Below are positions 46,291 through 53,606 of a DNA stretch of 64,000 nt, piece after piece. The number at the start of each line of letters is the position of its first letter. Position 1 is the stretch's first letter. A program made the position numbers and the translations under genes. This DNA is from a virus. Under the pieces are notes generated by a model. That model ran no database searches. It was not told the origin of the DNA and saw only the letters and a program-made list of their open reading frames with translations. The DNA is taken from IMG/VR virus record IMGVR_UViG_3300045988_147821, positions 1-64,000 of that record, one strand, 5' to 3'.

Positions 46291-46794
46291 TTATTGATTT
46301 TCAGATTGTTTTTTGTTTTCACATGGCCTTTTGGCAAATCCATTCTCATCGAAGTCACTCAAATACTTCCGAATCCATTTCGGAACAAGATTAGGATTTA
46401 TCTTTGCCGCATTTTCCGCTATTGACATCGCTTCCCGAATGATAAGGGATGTGCATACCAATGTATAGAACCATCCGAACCCTTCAACCACCGAACCACG
46501 AACAGTAAATGATGATGCGATGTTCGCCATGATAAGCAATGAAAAATAAACCAATAGTTTCAATCCTATCATGGAGAACCCTTTAGAGGACAGATCTCTT
46601 TTTATGAAATGATATACCCACGAAAGAATAGTGTCTATTACAATCAGAGATACAAGAAACTTTAGATAGGCCCAATCATTAAAGAGAAATTCCTCAAAAA
46701 AATCCGCTATAAAGCTAAGCGGCAATCCCATGATAACCGGGTAATAGAAGGAAAAGACATATTTCCTAAACCGTTTTTTTACAAAATCCTGCAT
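46291..46794 (-). CDS. holin-like membrane protein (Phage_holin_4_1 / LL-H-type pattern, 167 aa)
   Basis: LIVIDTILSWV...K.DLSSKGFSMIGLKLLVYFSLLIMANI...LIIREAMSIAENAAKI matches the ID..tG...SSK.g..G..KK......E..SIlEN pattern of that holin family. Multiple TM helices. Confidence 0.6.
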   Translation of the reverse strand: MQDFVKKRFRKYVFSFYYPVIMGLPLSFIADFFEEFLFNDWAYLKFLVSLIVIDTILSWVYHFIKRDLSSKGFSMIGLKLLVYFSLLIMANIASSFTVRGSVVEGFGWFYTLVCTSLIIREAMSIAENAAKINPNLVPKWIRKYLSDFDENGFAKRPCENKKQSENQ

Positions 46795-46823
46795 GTATTT
46801 TATATTTAATCATCTATCTTGTT

Positions 46824-46831
46824 CAAAGATA
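46824..46831 (-). promoter_or_regulatory. Bacteroides-type -7 box TATCTTTG
   Basis: Exact TAnnTTTG on minus, 29 nt upstream of ATG 46794. Confidence 0.5.
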
Positions 46832-46846
46832 GATAAAAATCACCTC

Positions 46847-47242
46847 TTATCCATGTGATTGCACATACGCTTGTCTAACTAATTCCCGTGCTTCCTTTGG
46901 TGACAGGACCTTGTACACGGACCTGTTGTATGCTATACCCGTTTTCAGCTTCTCTATCACCCCAAGACGTTCCAGTTTTTTCACCTCTATGGCAACCCTG
47001 CTTCTTACAAGAGAAAATTCCCGTTGTAGTTCCGTATAGGAAACAGTCTTGCAAATGCCGTCCTTGCTGTTTTTCCATAAATGGACGAAAATGGAATAAC
47101 CCCTGTTTCTGACATGAAACCATCGCCACCACTTTCTTTCCTCATCGGGAATAAGGTAGGAGTGAATATCATGGTGTCGGTCCATCAGTGTCGGATTCCC
47201 GAATATGTCATACGCGTCATTAACTGATTTTCGTGTCCTCAT
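46847..47242 (-). CDS. winged-helix DNA-binding protein candidate (131 aa)
   Basis: The track ORF (to 47344) overlaps the upstream gene. ATG 47242 lies 4 nt after that gene's stop. SYTELQREFSLVRSRVAIEVKKLERLGVIEKLK is wHTH-like. Confidence 0.5.
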   Translation of the reverse strand: MRTRKSVNDAYDIFGNPTLMDRHHDIHSYLIPDEERKWWRWFHVRNRGYSIFVHLWKNSKDGICKTVSYTELQREFSLVRSRVAIEVKKLERLGVIEKLKTGIAYNRSVYKVLSPKEARELVRQAYVQSHG

Positions 47243-47246
47243 AATG

Positions 47247-47924
47247 TTATTTTGCAAGATAACAATCCCGAATCTTAAGCGAACATTTTTGTGATGGACG
47301 TTCAGCTTCAATGAACCAAAATGATGATTCAAGATAATCATCATTACACATGTAAACCATTTCCGTTATCGGATCAACGTTAAAATAAATGTCGCTATCA
47401 TCAAAAAACGTTTCTTCATACAATTCAACGGTATATGTTCCTTCCCGTTCGTCCATAGGATATTTATTGCATTCATTCTTCGAGAAAAATGTCAATGGTT
47501 TACTATCTAAAGACTTTATAGTAGAAGCAAAATCACAAAGTTGATTATAAGAGAAATTTGTTTTTCTTTTGCCGTAAGTCAAAAGATATTCAGCGGCAAC
47601 CAATCTAGTTGCCGCTCCAATTGATAAAATATCAACCATTTTAACGTACCTTGTATTTGCTTTAGGAATAAAATAATCCTTTCCATTTTTAGTCAAACAA
47701 GAATAAGTGGATAAGACAAGAAGATCTTGTCCCTGCCGGAGTAATATAGACCTAAATACTTCCTCATCGAATTTAAATGCAACGATTTTATCATTACAAA
47801 TCTTATTTTGCTTAATATCATAAGTATATATCTGGAAGTCACAAGAAAACTTTACTTCATCGTATCTTCCTTTATAAGGTTTTAAAGTGCTGTCCAAAGG
47901 ATAAGCTACAAATACATTAAACAT
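47247..47924 (-). CDS. hypothetical protein (225 aa)
   Basis: ATG ORF in the co-directional chain. Confidence 0.55.
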   Translation of the reverse strand: MFNVFVAYPLDSTLKPYKGRYDEVKFSCDFQIYTYDIKQNKICNDKIVAFKFDEEVFRSILLRQGQDLLVLSTYSCLTKNGKDYFIPKANTRYVKMVDILSIGAATRLVAAEYLLTYGKRKTNFSYNQLCDFASTIKSLDSKPLTFFSKNECNKYPMDEREGTYTVELYEETFFDDSDIYFNVDPITEMVYMCNDDYLESSFWFIEAERPSQKCSLKIRDCYLAK

Positions 47925-47935
47925 GGCAATAGGAA

Positions 47936-48295
47936 TTATTCGTTTATTATTTCAGTTTTATTATTTTGATTGCGATACTTTTGAGGAAAACGAAAATACT
48001 GTTTACACACCCAAAACAATTCTTTCATGGGAACAATAGGAGAATCAGGACATCTAAATTCATTTTCCATCGGAGCAACAACAATATGATTAAAACACGC
48101 CCTTACAAAAAAGGAATTGTAGGAATAAACATCCTTGTTGCCTTTTGTGTCGACAAAAAGAACTTTTGGCGAATTAAGACACACATCAATGAACATGATT
48201 GCATCATCCTTGCAATTCATTTTACAGATAACGGTAGAGCATAACGGGAACTTCCCTATGTTTTTGCTCTTTTTGGGTAACTTCTTTTGTTTCAT
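47936..48295 (-). CDS. hypothetical protein (119 aa), first gene of the long minus-strand block
   Basis: ATG ORF. Its upstream region lacks a TAnnTTTG box but carries three direct TTCGGTTATTT repeats. Confidence 0.55.
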   Translation of the reverse strand: MKQKKLPKKSKNIGKFPLCSTVICKMNCKDDAIMFIDVCLNSPKVLFVDTKGNKDVYSYNSFFVRACFNHIVVAPMENEFRCPDSPIVPMKELFWVCKQYFRFPQKYRNQNNKTEIINE

Positions 48296-48321
48296 TTATA
48301 CTCAATTAATGTTTGAAAATT

Positions 48322-48381
48322 CATTATTTCGGTTATTTTCATTTACTACTTCGGTTATTTCATTCATTATTTCGGTTATTT
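48322..48381 (-). repeat. three direct copies of the (CATTA)TTTCGGTTATTT motif
   Basis: CATTATTTCGGTTATTT at 48322-48338 and 48365-48381 (17/17 identical), with TTCGGTTATTT at 48350-48360 between them. 27-86 nt upstream of ATG 48295. Confidence 0.8.
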
Positions 48382-48570
48382 TATCGTTTTTAGAGCTTAC
48401 AAGCACCTTAAACCCAATTTATGTAATGAAAAAAATGAAAATAATGTAAAAATTTTTCGTTTCGCCCGTATCAAAAACAACTTTATATCTATTCCCTTTT
48501 ATAACAATTGATTGTTGAAATCTATGATATTCCAATATCATTCAAAAACTAATTGTTACATTCCAAGAAC

Positions 48571-48678
48571 CCGGTTGTTGAAAGCACAGACTATATCCCC
48601 ATAGGGGAACTGTATTAATCTATTATAAGTCATTGAAATATAATAGGATACAGTGCCTGTGCTTTCAACTTTAACCGG
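48571..48678. ncRNA. candidate structured RNA element (three-way-junction-like); strand undetermined
   Basis: CCGGTTGTTGAAAGCACAG (48571-48589) pairs with CTGTGCTTTCAAC..AACCGG (48657-48678). It encloses the hairpins TCCCC-ATA-GGGGA (48596-48608) and CTATTATA..TATAATAG (48620-48646). Flanked by 13-bp direct repeats ATTGTTACATTCC (48552, 48727). Confidence 0.3.
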
Positions 48679-49054
48679 ATAATGGTAAGAACGATAGATA
48701 TAAAGTTGTTTTGTTGTCAACCGAATATTGTTACATTCCTGTCACCCGTATTTTATAGTTGGGATAAGACTGTTTTTGAAAAACCGTGCATCGCTCGCAC
48801 ATCTGAAACCTGCTTATCCTTTCGAGTCTTTGGTCCTGTTTCAAAAGAACCCACCTGGCATCTCGATTTCGCACTACCAACCCTACCGTCAGGTTATCCC
48901 GTGGAGTAAGGTATTTCTCAATCTTATGCGCCACCGTTAAGTCTTATCCGTCCACATAAGAAATAGACTTTCTTTTCCGTGTGCGATTCTATATGACCTC
49001 GATAGGGTAATACACCTCATTTCTGCAATAATATTACCTCGGAATACCACGCTA

Positions 49055-49167
49055 TAAAAAAGAAAGTCTGTAATGAATGCCCCATCATATCATTACAGAC
49101 AATATAGAAAAGTTCTATCGAACCATCTTTTACTATGTTGTTTGTATTGACTATGGGGCGTCAATTA
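49055..49167 (-). ncRNA. candidate ~110-nt sRNA (orphan promoter-terminator unit)
   Basis: Bounded by a full-consensus promoter (49174-49206) and an 11-bp hairpin plus T-tract (49054-49100). No ATG-initiated ORF inside. Confidence 0.35.
49066..49100 (-). terminator. rho-independent terminator
   Basis: GTCTGTAATGA (49066-49076) pairs with TCATTACAGAC (49090-49100), an 11-bp perfect stem followed on minus by TTTCTTTTTTAT. Confidence 0.6.
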
Positions 49168-49173
49168 CTGATG

Positions 49174-49206
49174 CAAAGATACAGTGGATTATGTGATATA
49201 GCCAAA
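49174..49206 (-). promoter_or_regulatory. full Bacteroides-type promoter TTTG-N21-TATCTTTG
   Basis: On minus, TTTG (49206-49203), a 21-nt spacer, then TATCTTTG (49181-49174). No protein-coding gene lies downstream before the terminator. Confidence 0.55.
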
Positions 49207-49226
49207 AATCAATTGAATTTTTTAGT

Positions 49227-49234
49227 TATATTTG
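49227..49234 (+). promoter_or_regulatory. Bacteroides-type -7 box TATATTTG
   Basis: Exact TAnnTTTG, 35 nt upstream of ATG 49270. Confidence 0.55.
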
Positions 49235-49269
49235 CAATACAGATAGATTTCATTAAAATACATCCTATT

Positions 49270-49755
49270 ATGAAAGTCATATTCAATTCAAAAATCGCAA
49301 AGGTCATTATTCCGTTCCACTCTGCGATACTTCTGTTCTTTTGGTTGCTGTGCAAAAAGAGTGCACAGCATTACAAGCAATCGTTCTTCGCACACGAGCA
49401 TTGTCATTCCCTGCAATGGCAGGAATGTATGTACACAGGCTTCCTGATTTCATTCATAATGTTTATTCTCGGACTGGGATTCGATACCATGATATACGGT
49501 TGCGTAATATCCGTAGTGTTATCCTATATTCTATACGGGTTGAACTATATAGGAAACCTTGTTTATTTGCTCTGTAAGAAAGGATCAAGGGAGATACTGC
49601 ATACTGCATACCGTATGCTGTCATTCGAGCGTGAAGCACGTTATTTTGAGTTTACGGACGGTTCATGGGAACCCGACAGGAACAACATCGCTCCACATTT
49701 GAAAAGAAAACCTTTCGGATGGATAAAATTTATAGGGAGAAGTTTCAGAGATTGA
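49270..49755 (+). CDS. membrane protein with HExxH motif (161 aa), possible zinc metallopeptidase
   Basis: The track ORF starts at 49135, but the promoter box at 49227 supports ATG 49270 (MKVIFNS..). FFAHEHCHSLQW contains HExxH. At least 3 hydrophobic helices. Confidence 0.5.
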   Translation: MKVIFNSKIAKVIIPFHSAILLFFWLLCKKSAQHYKQSFFAHEHCHSLQWQECMYTGFLISFIMFILGLGFDTMIYGCVISVVLSYILYGLNYIGNLVYLLCKKGSREILHTAYRMLSFEREARYFEFTDGSWEPDRNNIAPHLKRKPFGWIKFIGRSFRD

Positions 49756-49766
49756 AATTTAATCCC

Positions 49767-49985
49767 TATATTTGCTCCTGCACTTAAAAATTTGGGTTTT
49801 GTAACATAAGCATTTTAAACACTCTTCTTTTTGAAGAAGTTGAAGGTATTTGATACTCGGTGTGTTGTGAAACAGAACGTCAGCCATTTTTCAGTTAGTT
49901 AAACTTATTAGTTATTAGAGGATCTGGATTGATCGAGAATGGTAAGGGGCTTTCGGTAATTTCCCCCTTACCATTTCTTTTTCTC
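49767..49985 (+). ncRNA. weak candidate ~200-nt non-coding transcript (TATATTTG box to terminator)
   Basis: TATATTTG at 49767-49774, right after the stop of 49270..49755. No ORF before the terminator at 49938-49985. It may instead simply be that gene's 3' UTR. Confidence 0.2.
49938..49985 (+). terminator. rho-independent terminator
   Basis: AATGGTAAGGGG (49938-49949) pairs with CCCCTTACCATT (49964-49975), 12 bp, followed by TCTTTTTCTCC. Convergent with the stop of 49986..50660. Confidence 0.65.
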
Positions 49986-50660
49986 CTACATCCTGTAATC
50001 CGGCCCCTTCCCCCTTGGAAAGTATTTCATGTAAGGTTCTCCCCATACGAATATCGCCCTTTCCGTCTTGTTGAACCTTACAGGCTTTATCAGGGGTAAT
50101 AGCCTGCTTCTTGCGACTTCTATCATGGCGCGTCTTTCATTGGTGTTCTCTATATTGGGGAATATGTCTATCAATACCGTATCGAAGAACCTCCCCTGTT
50201 GCGGCATGAGTTTCGTAAAGTCACCGAACAGGCTTCCCTTAATCATCCTTAAGGGTACGGCAGAATCCTCAAAATAGGGTTCCATGAGTTTGATAAGGTT
50301 ACGCTCTTCCTCCAGGACGGTCACGGAAGCCACTTCCGGCTCCTTTAGGACACTTTCAAGTGCCATCCCTAACCCTAGCCCCACAATAAGTATGTTTCCC
50401 CTTGCAGCCTTCAAAAACGGCTCATATCCGTGTTCACGGAACAGGGAATCGTCCATGATGTACCTGCTTCCTCCCATAAGCCTGCAATATGTTCCCGGCT
50501 TCTTCTTGAAATCCTTGTGTGGTATATCAAGGTTGAACATGTTTATATCGGTTGACGGGAACACCCGGAAACATTCTATCGTGAAATTCTTGAAGTTGGA
50601 ATAGGAGGTTTCCAGCTTCTGTCCGTACACAAGACGGAATTTGTCAGCCATCCTTCCCAT
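49986..50660 (-). CDS. spermidine-synthase-like / class I SAM-dependent methyltransferase-fold protein (224 aa)
   Basis: NILIVGLGLGMALESVLK..VASVTVLEEERNLI...FDTVLIDIF resembles motif I (hhhhGxGxG), the acidic post-I strand and the D-x-I-h-x-D of aminopropyl/methyl-transferases. Confidence 0.5.
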   Translation of the reverse strand: MGRMADKFRLVYGQKLETSYSNFKNFTIECFRVFPSTDINMFNLDIPHKDFKKKPGTYCRLMGGSRYIMDDSLFREHGYEPFLKAARGNILIVGLGLGMALESVLKEPEVASVTVLEEERNLIKLMEPYFEDSAVPLRMIKGSLFGDFTKLMPQQGRFFDTVLIDIFPNIENTNERRAMIEVARSRLLPLIKPVRFNKTERAIFVWGEPYMKYFPRGKGPDYRM

Positions 50661-50664
50661 AATC

Positions 50665-50862
50665 CTACTTCATTATATCCACGTTCATACCATATCCCAC
50701 GTCAACGGACTTGTCAATGCCGTTGTTCTCTAATTCATGCCTGTTTTTCTTTTCCTTAATGGTAAGAGTGCCTTTTTCATCCGTTACGGTAATTTCGTCA
50801 AGTTCCCCATTCCGATTGAAATTTGCGGTCACTTTGTTTCTTTCCGTTATCTGCTTATTCAT
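50665..50862 (-). CDS. hypothetical protein (65 aa)
   Basis: ATG ORF 40 nt downstream of a TACCTTTG box, with a 4-nt gap to the next gene. Confidence 0.5.
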   Translation of the reverse strand: MNKQITERNKVTANFNRNGELDEITVTDEKGTLTIKEKKNRHELENNGIDKSVDVGYGMNVDIMK

Positions 50863-50901
50863 GTGATTAAATTTTTGGTGAATACTGAATTTATATCATC
50901 G

Positions 50902-50909
50902 CAAAGGTA
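50902..50909 (-). promoter_or_regulatory. Bacteroides-type -7 box TACCTTTG
   Basis: Exact TAnnTTTG on minus upstream of ATG 50862. Divergent from the plus-strand promoter at 51013. Confidence 0.5.
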
Positions 50910-51012
50910 GACAATTTAAATTTTACTCCCACATTATTTAAATAAAATGTTATCTGTATGTTAATTTAATGTTAAAACATGAAATTATTTTTGGATAATT
51001 AAAGTAACCAAT

Positions 51013-51020
51013 TAAATTTG
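51013..51020 (+). promoter_or_regulatory. Bacteroides-type -7 box TAAATTTG
   Basis: Exact TAnnTTTG, 33 nt upstream of ATG 51054. Head of the plus-strand operon. Confidence 0.55.
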
Positions 51021-51053
51021 CAACATGAAAGTTGAAATAAAATTTAAATAATA

Positions 51054-51518
51054 ATGGAAACAAGAATAACAATAGCGCAAATGGATGAAGCGTTGGAGAA
51101 ATTCAAGCAGAAGATATCATCCGATTTCATAGTAGGAGGAAGTCTTGCCCTCTATCATCACGGATTCGAGTGCACTCCCGGTGACATTGACATGGAGATT
51201 GAAATCGGAGAGGGTGACGGGAACATAATTGAAACGCTGTCCGTGCTCAATGAAACCTATTACGGCAACAATGATGCGAGCAGGTATCCTACAACGGAGC
51301 ACCATTACAGATTCAGTTTCCACGGTGTCATATTTGACGTGTGGGCAGTAAACAGGTTCAGTTATAAAGGATACATGCTATCCATTGACGGAACACGTTA
51401 TGCGGACGTGATGAGCGTCCTAAGGGCGAAACGCAAGATAGGAAGAACAAAGGACGTCAATTCCATTGCCGATTACGCATCACAGATATTATCCCTGTTA
51501 AAGGAGGACAAGCAATGA
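51054..51518 (+). CDS. Pol-beta-superfamily nucleotidyltransferase-fold protein (154 aa)
   Basis: FIVGGSLALYHHGFECTPGDIDMEI gives the G-G-S...x-x-D-h-D-h NTase signature. C-terminal KRKIGRTKDVNSI is typical of small Lnu/AbiEii-like NTases (from memory). Confidence 0.55.
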   Translation: METRITIAQMDEALEKFKQKISSDFIVGGSLALYHHGFECTPGDIDMEIEIGEGDGNIIETLSVLNETYYGNNDASRYPTTEHHYRFSFHGVIFDVWAVNRFSYKGYMLSIDGTRYADVMSVLRAKRKIGRTKDVNSIADYASQILSLLKEDKQ

Positions 51519-51688
51519 AACGTTTTCTGGCCACATTGTTCATATTGGCGGTATCGTTCATACTGATGTCTATCCTGTTCATGCCGGAAGAAATTCCTGA
51601 TGTTGATAAAAACATAAAAGAGAATTTTGACTATTCAAATGATAATTGTAACTTTGCCACCAAAACTTTAAACAATATTTTAAAATGA
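51515..51688 (+). CDS. small signal-peptide/TM protein (57 aa)
   Basis: ATGA overlaps on both sides (51515 and 51685). MKRFLATLFILAVSFILMSILFM hydrophobic N-terminus. Below the track cutoff. Confidence 0.45.
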   Translation: MKRFLATLFILAVSFILMSILFMPEEIPDVDKNIKENFDYSNDNCNFATKTLNNILK

Positions 51689-52023
51689 ACAAGATAAAAC
51701 AGCTATTGAGATGCCGGGGATTGAAGGCGAAGGATATGGCGGAAGCGTTGCAGCTTTCCGAAACAAGGATGAGCCAGATATCGAACGGTGCTTCCACAAC
51801 GGAAGAAACGAAAAGACGGATATGTGAATGGATAGGGGAACCGTTATGGATAGTGTTCCCGGAAGATTACCCCGACATGGCGGGGATGGTGGAGAAGGGA
51901 AATTGTGACAAGGTATCCATCACAAGTACGGGCAACAACCCCTATTTCTTTACGGCTACGGCCAAGATAGACGGGAAGCCCGTATATCTGGAAGGTGTCG
52001 CCCATAAAGTTGAGAAGGCATGA
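51685..52023 (+). CDS. XRE-family helix-turn-helix transcriptional regulator (112 aa)
   Basis: LRCRGLKAKDMAEALQLSETRMSQISNGAS is a Cro/CI-type HTH pattern. Confidence 0.7.
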   Translation: MNKIKQLLRCRGLKAKDMAEALQLSETRMSQISNGASTTEETKRRICEWIGEPLWIVFPEDYPDMAGMVEKGNCDKVSITSTGNNPYFFTATAKIDGKPVYLEGVAHKVEKA

Positions 52024-52277
52024 TTGACATACGTGAATTGAGAATCGGTCAGACGGTAAGGTTTGACCAGGGCTTCGGAACGATAGAGGGTCTTAGAAGC
52101 ACACGGTACATGGAGTGGGATACGGGTGACAAGACAGGTACGGTGACCGTCAGGGACGTATCGGGAGTGTATTACCTGTGTGATCTGGAGGAAATATCCA
52201 TCCCCTCACGGGAAGAGATAGACGGATTCCTCAAAGTGGTGGACGACATAAGGAACGGTTTTTACGAAAATGAATGA
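52020..52277 (+). CDS. hypothetical protein (85 aa)
   Basis: ATG ORF with ATGA overlaps on both sides. Confidence 0.5.
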   Translation: MIDIRELRIGQTVRFDQGFGTIEGLRSTRYMEWDTGDKTGTVTVRDVSGVYYLCDLEEISIPSREEIDGFLKVVDDIRNGFYENE

Positions 52278-52432
52278 CCGATATGGGAAACAGAAGAAGG
52301 ATAAGACCGGGATATGTGAAAGTATGGGAGCAGAAAGCGAAAAAACGCGGAACTGCAACCCTTACAAGCGATAACAGTAAGGACAAACTATTAAAACTAT
52401 TTGGTGCCTATGGAAAAGGAATAGAGAAATGA
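52274..52432 (+). CDS. hypothetical basic protein (52 aa)
   Basis: ATG 52274 overlaps the TGA of the previous gene, and its own TGA overlaps the next ATG. MTDMGNRRRIRPGYVKVWEQKAKKRG... Below the track cutoff. Confidence 0.4.
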   Translation: MTDMGNRRRIRPGYVKVWEQKAKKRGTATLTSDNSKDKLLKLFGAYGKGIEK

Positions 52433-52584
52433 GAACGCGCGGTCCGATTCCGAATGAATCATTTTATAAACATAAAAACATAAAAAGTGATAATTATCAG
52501 GAACCGCAATATTTACGGAAACGGATTGTGTACGGGTGTGGACCGTATGGGTGGCACCCGTTTAAAACCTTAAAAACCGAATGA
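52429..52584 (+). CDS. hypothetical protein (51 aa)
   Basis: ATGA-coupled. MRTRGPIPNESFYKHKN...GCGPYGWHPFKTLKTE. Below the track cutoff. Confidence 0.4.
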   Translation: MRTRGPIPNESFYKHKNIKSDNYQEPQYLRKRIVYGCGPYGWHPFKTLKTE

Positions 52585-52588
52585 TTAT

Positions 52589-52813
52589 ATGAGAACAATA
52601 AAGGAAACAACAAGGAAACTGCTTGAATTTTTCGAGATGGAAAAATTGACTGTAAAGGACATGCTAAGGGCATTGTACTTCTCCCTTTCACTCGTGAACA
52701 TCGTCATAATGGGAGGAATAGGATCGTCATGGACACTCATGATCGCCCTTGCCGTATTCATACACGCCACATGGCAGTTCGTAAAGATAGGGAGGAACCT
52801 GCAAGATGAATGA
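52589..52813 (+). CDS. small membrane protein (74 aa)
   Basis: ATG ORF. LYFSLSLVNIVIMGGIGSSWTLMIALAVFIHATW is hydrophobic. Confidence 0.5.
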   Translation: MRTIKETTRKLLEFFEMEKLTVKDMLRALYFSLSLVNIVIMGGIGSSWTLMIALAVFIHATWQFVKIGRNLQDE

Positions 52814-53186
52814 GTTCGGAAAGATATGTACGGAGGTGAACACCCGTATAGTACAGGACACGGTGTGGTTCTCCTATTACAGGATAACGGACGATGATCC
52901 GTTCGGGATAGACAATTACGTCAACGAGTTTGTCGCACGCATAGGAAGGGAAAATGGAAGGAAGTTCAAGTTCCGTGTCCTCATGAACCGCAACACCCAT
53001 GACAGGCTGAACGAAGCCTATTCAAGAAGGATACCCATGTTCGACCAGGGACAAGAGGAACCCGTAAGGAAGGTGGATATCAGGATAATCATATCCATGA
53101 CAGGTTCGGCAGTAACCGTAACGGAAAACATGGCACTCGAAGATGACATCATAAGAATAGAAGCAACCAAAATACAGAAGATATGA
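52806..53186 (+). CDS. hypothetical protein (126 aa)
   Basis: ATG ORF with an 8-nt overlap upstream and a 4-nt overlap downstream. Confidence 0.55.
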   Translation: MNEFGKICTEVNTRIVQDTVWFSYYRITDDDPFGIDNYVNEFVARIGRENGRKFKFRVLMNRNTHDRLNEAYSRRIPMFDQGQEEPVRKVDIRIIISMTGSAVTVTENMALEDDIIRIEATKIQKI

Positions 53187-53593
53187 AAAAGCTGAAAACA
53201 GGAAAAGAAAGGATGTTCGCGATGGCAGACGCATTCACTGCATCCATCATGCTGGTATTGACCAAGGAATCACTCGTCTATATAGGGGATGAAAACCTGT
53301 ACGTGTCGGAGGACGGAGAAGTGTCAAGACATGAGATAACGGGTGCCATGGCACTTGCAATGACAGAAGTGATGGACCAGATAGGGCTTGGCAACGGCAA
53401 GCGGCCCACAAAACTCAACGAACTCCTACACATCCTTACCGATACCGTCATAGACATGATATCCGACAGGTGCGTGGAGATGGCAAGACAGGAAATGGGC
53501 GCGCTACCCAATGACAGGGAGAAGGAAGAATCCACGGAGAACAATATCGAAATGCCCATGATATTCAACAACGACAACCAGAAACCCAACTGA
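53183..53593 (+). CDS. hypothetical protein (136 aa)
   Basis: ATG ORF in the coupled chain. Confidence 0.55.
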   Translation: MKKLKTGKERMFAMADAFTASIMLVLTKESLVYIGDENLYVSEDGEVSRHEITGAMALAMTEVMDQIGLGNGKRPTKLNELLHILTDTVIDMISDRCVEMARQEMGALPNDREKEESTENNIEMPMIFNNDNQKPN

Positions 53594-53606
53594 AAATAAA
53601 CACACA

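Noticed and set aside
48816-48836. tRNA-like T-loop (TTCGAGTC) and a general search for tRNAs in the non-coding islands
   Set aside because: Flanking bases do not form a T-stem or acceptor stem. No GTTCGAATC/GGTTCRANTCC-type cloverleaf candidates were seen anywhere by eye. A tRNAscan run would be needed to be sure.
48682-48940. Three overlapping ~70-codon ORFs (two plus, one minus) as protein genes
   Set aside because: They are mutually exclusive frames over the same GC-richer segment, with no promoter box or coupling to neighbours. Kept as part of the candidate structured region instead.
48762-48949. Four TTATCC elements as DnaA boxes
   Set aside because: None continues with the CACA needed for the TTATCCACA consensus. 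They more likely form RNA/DNA pairing segments.
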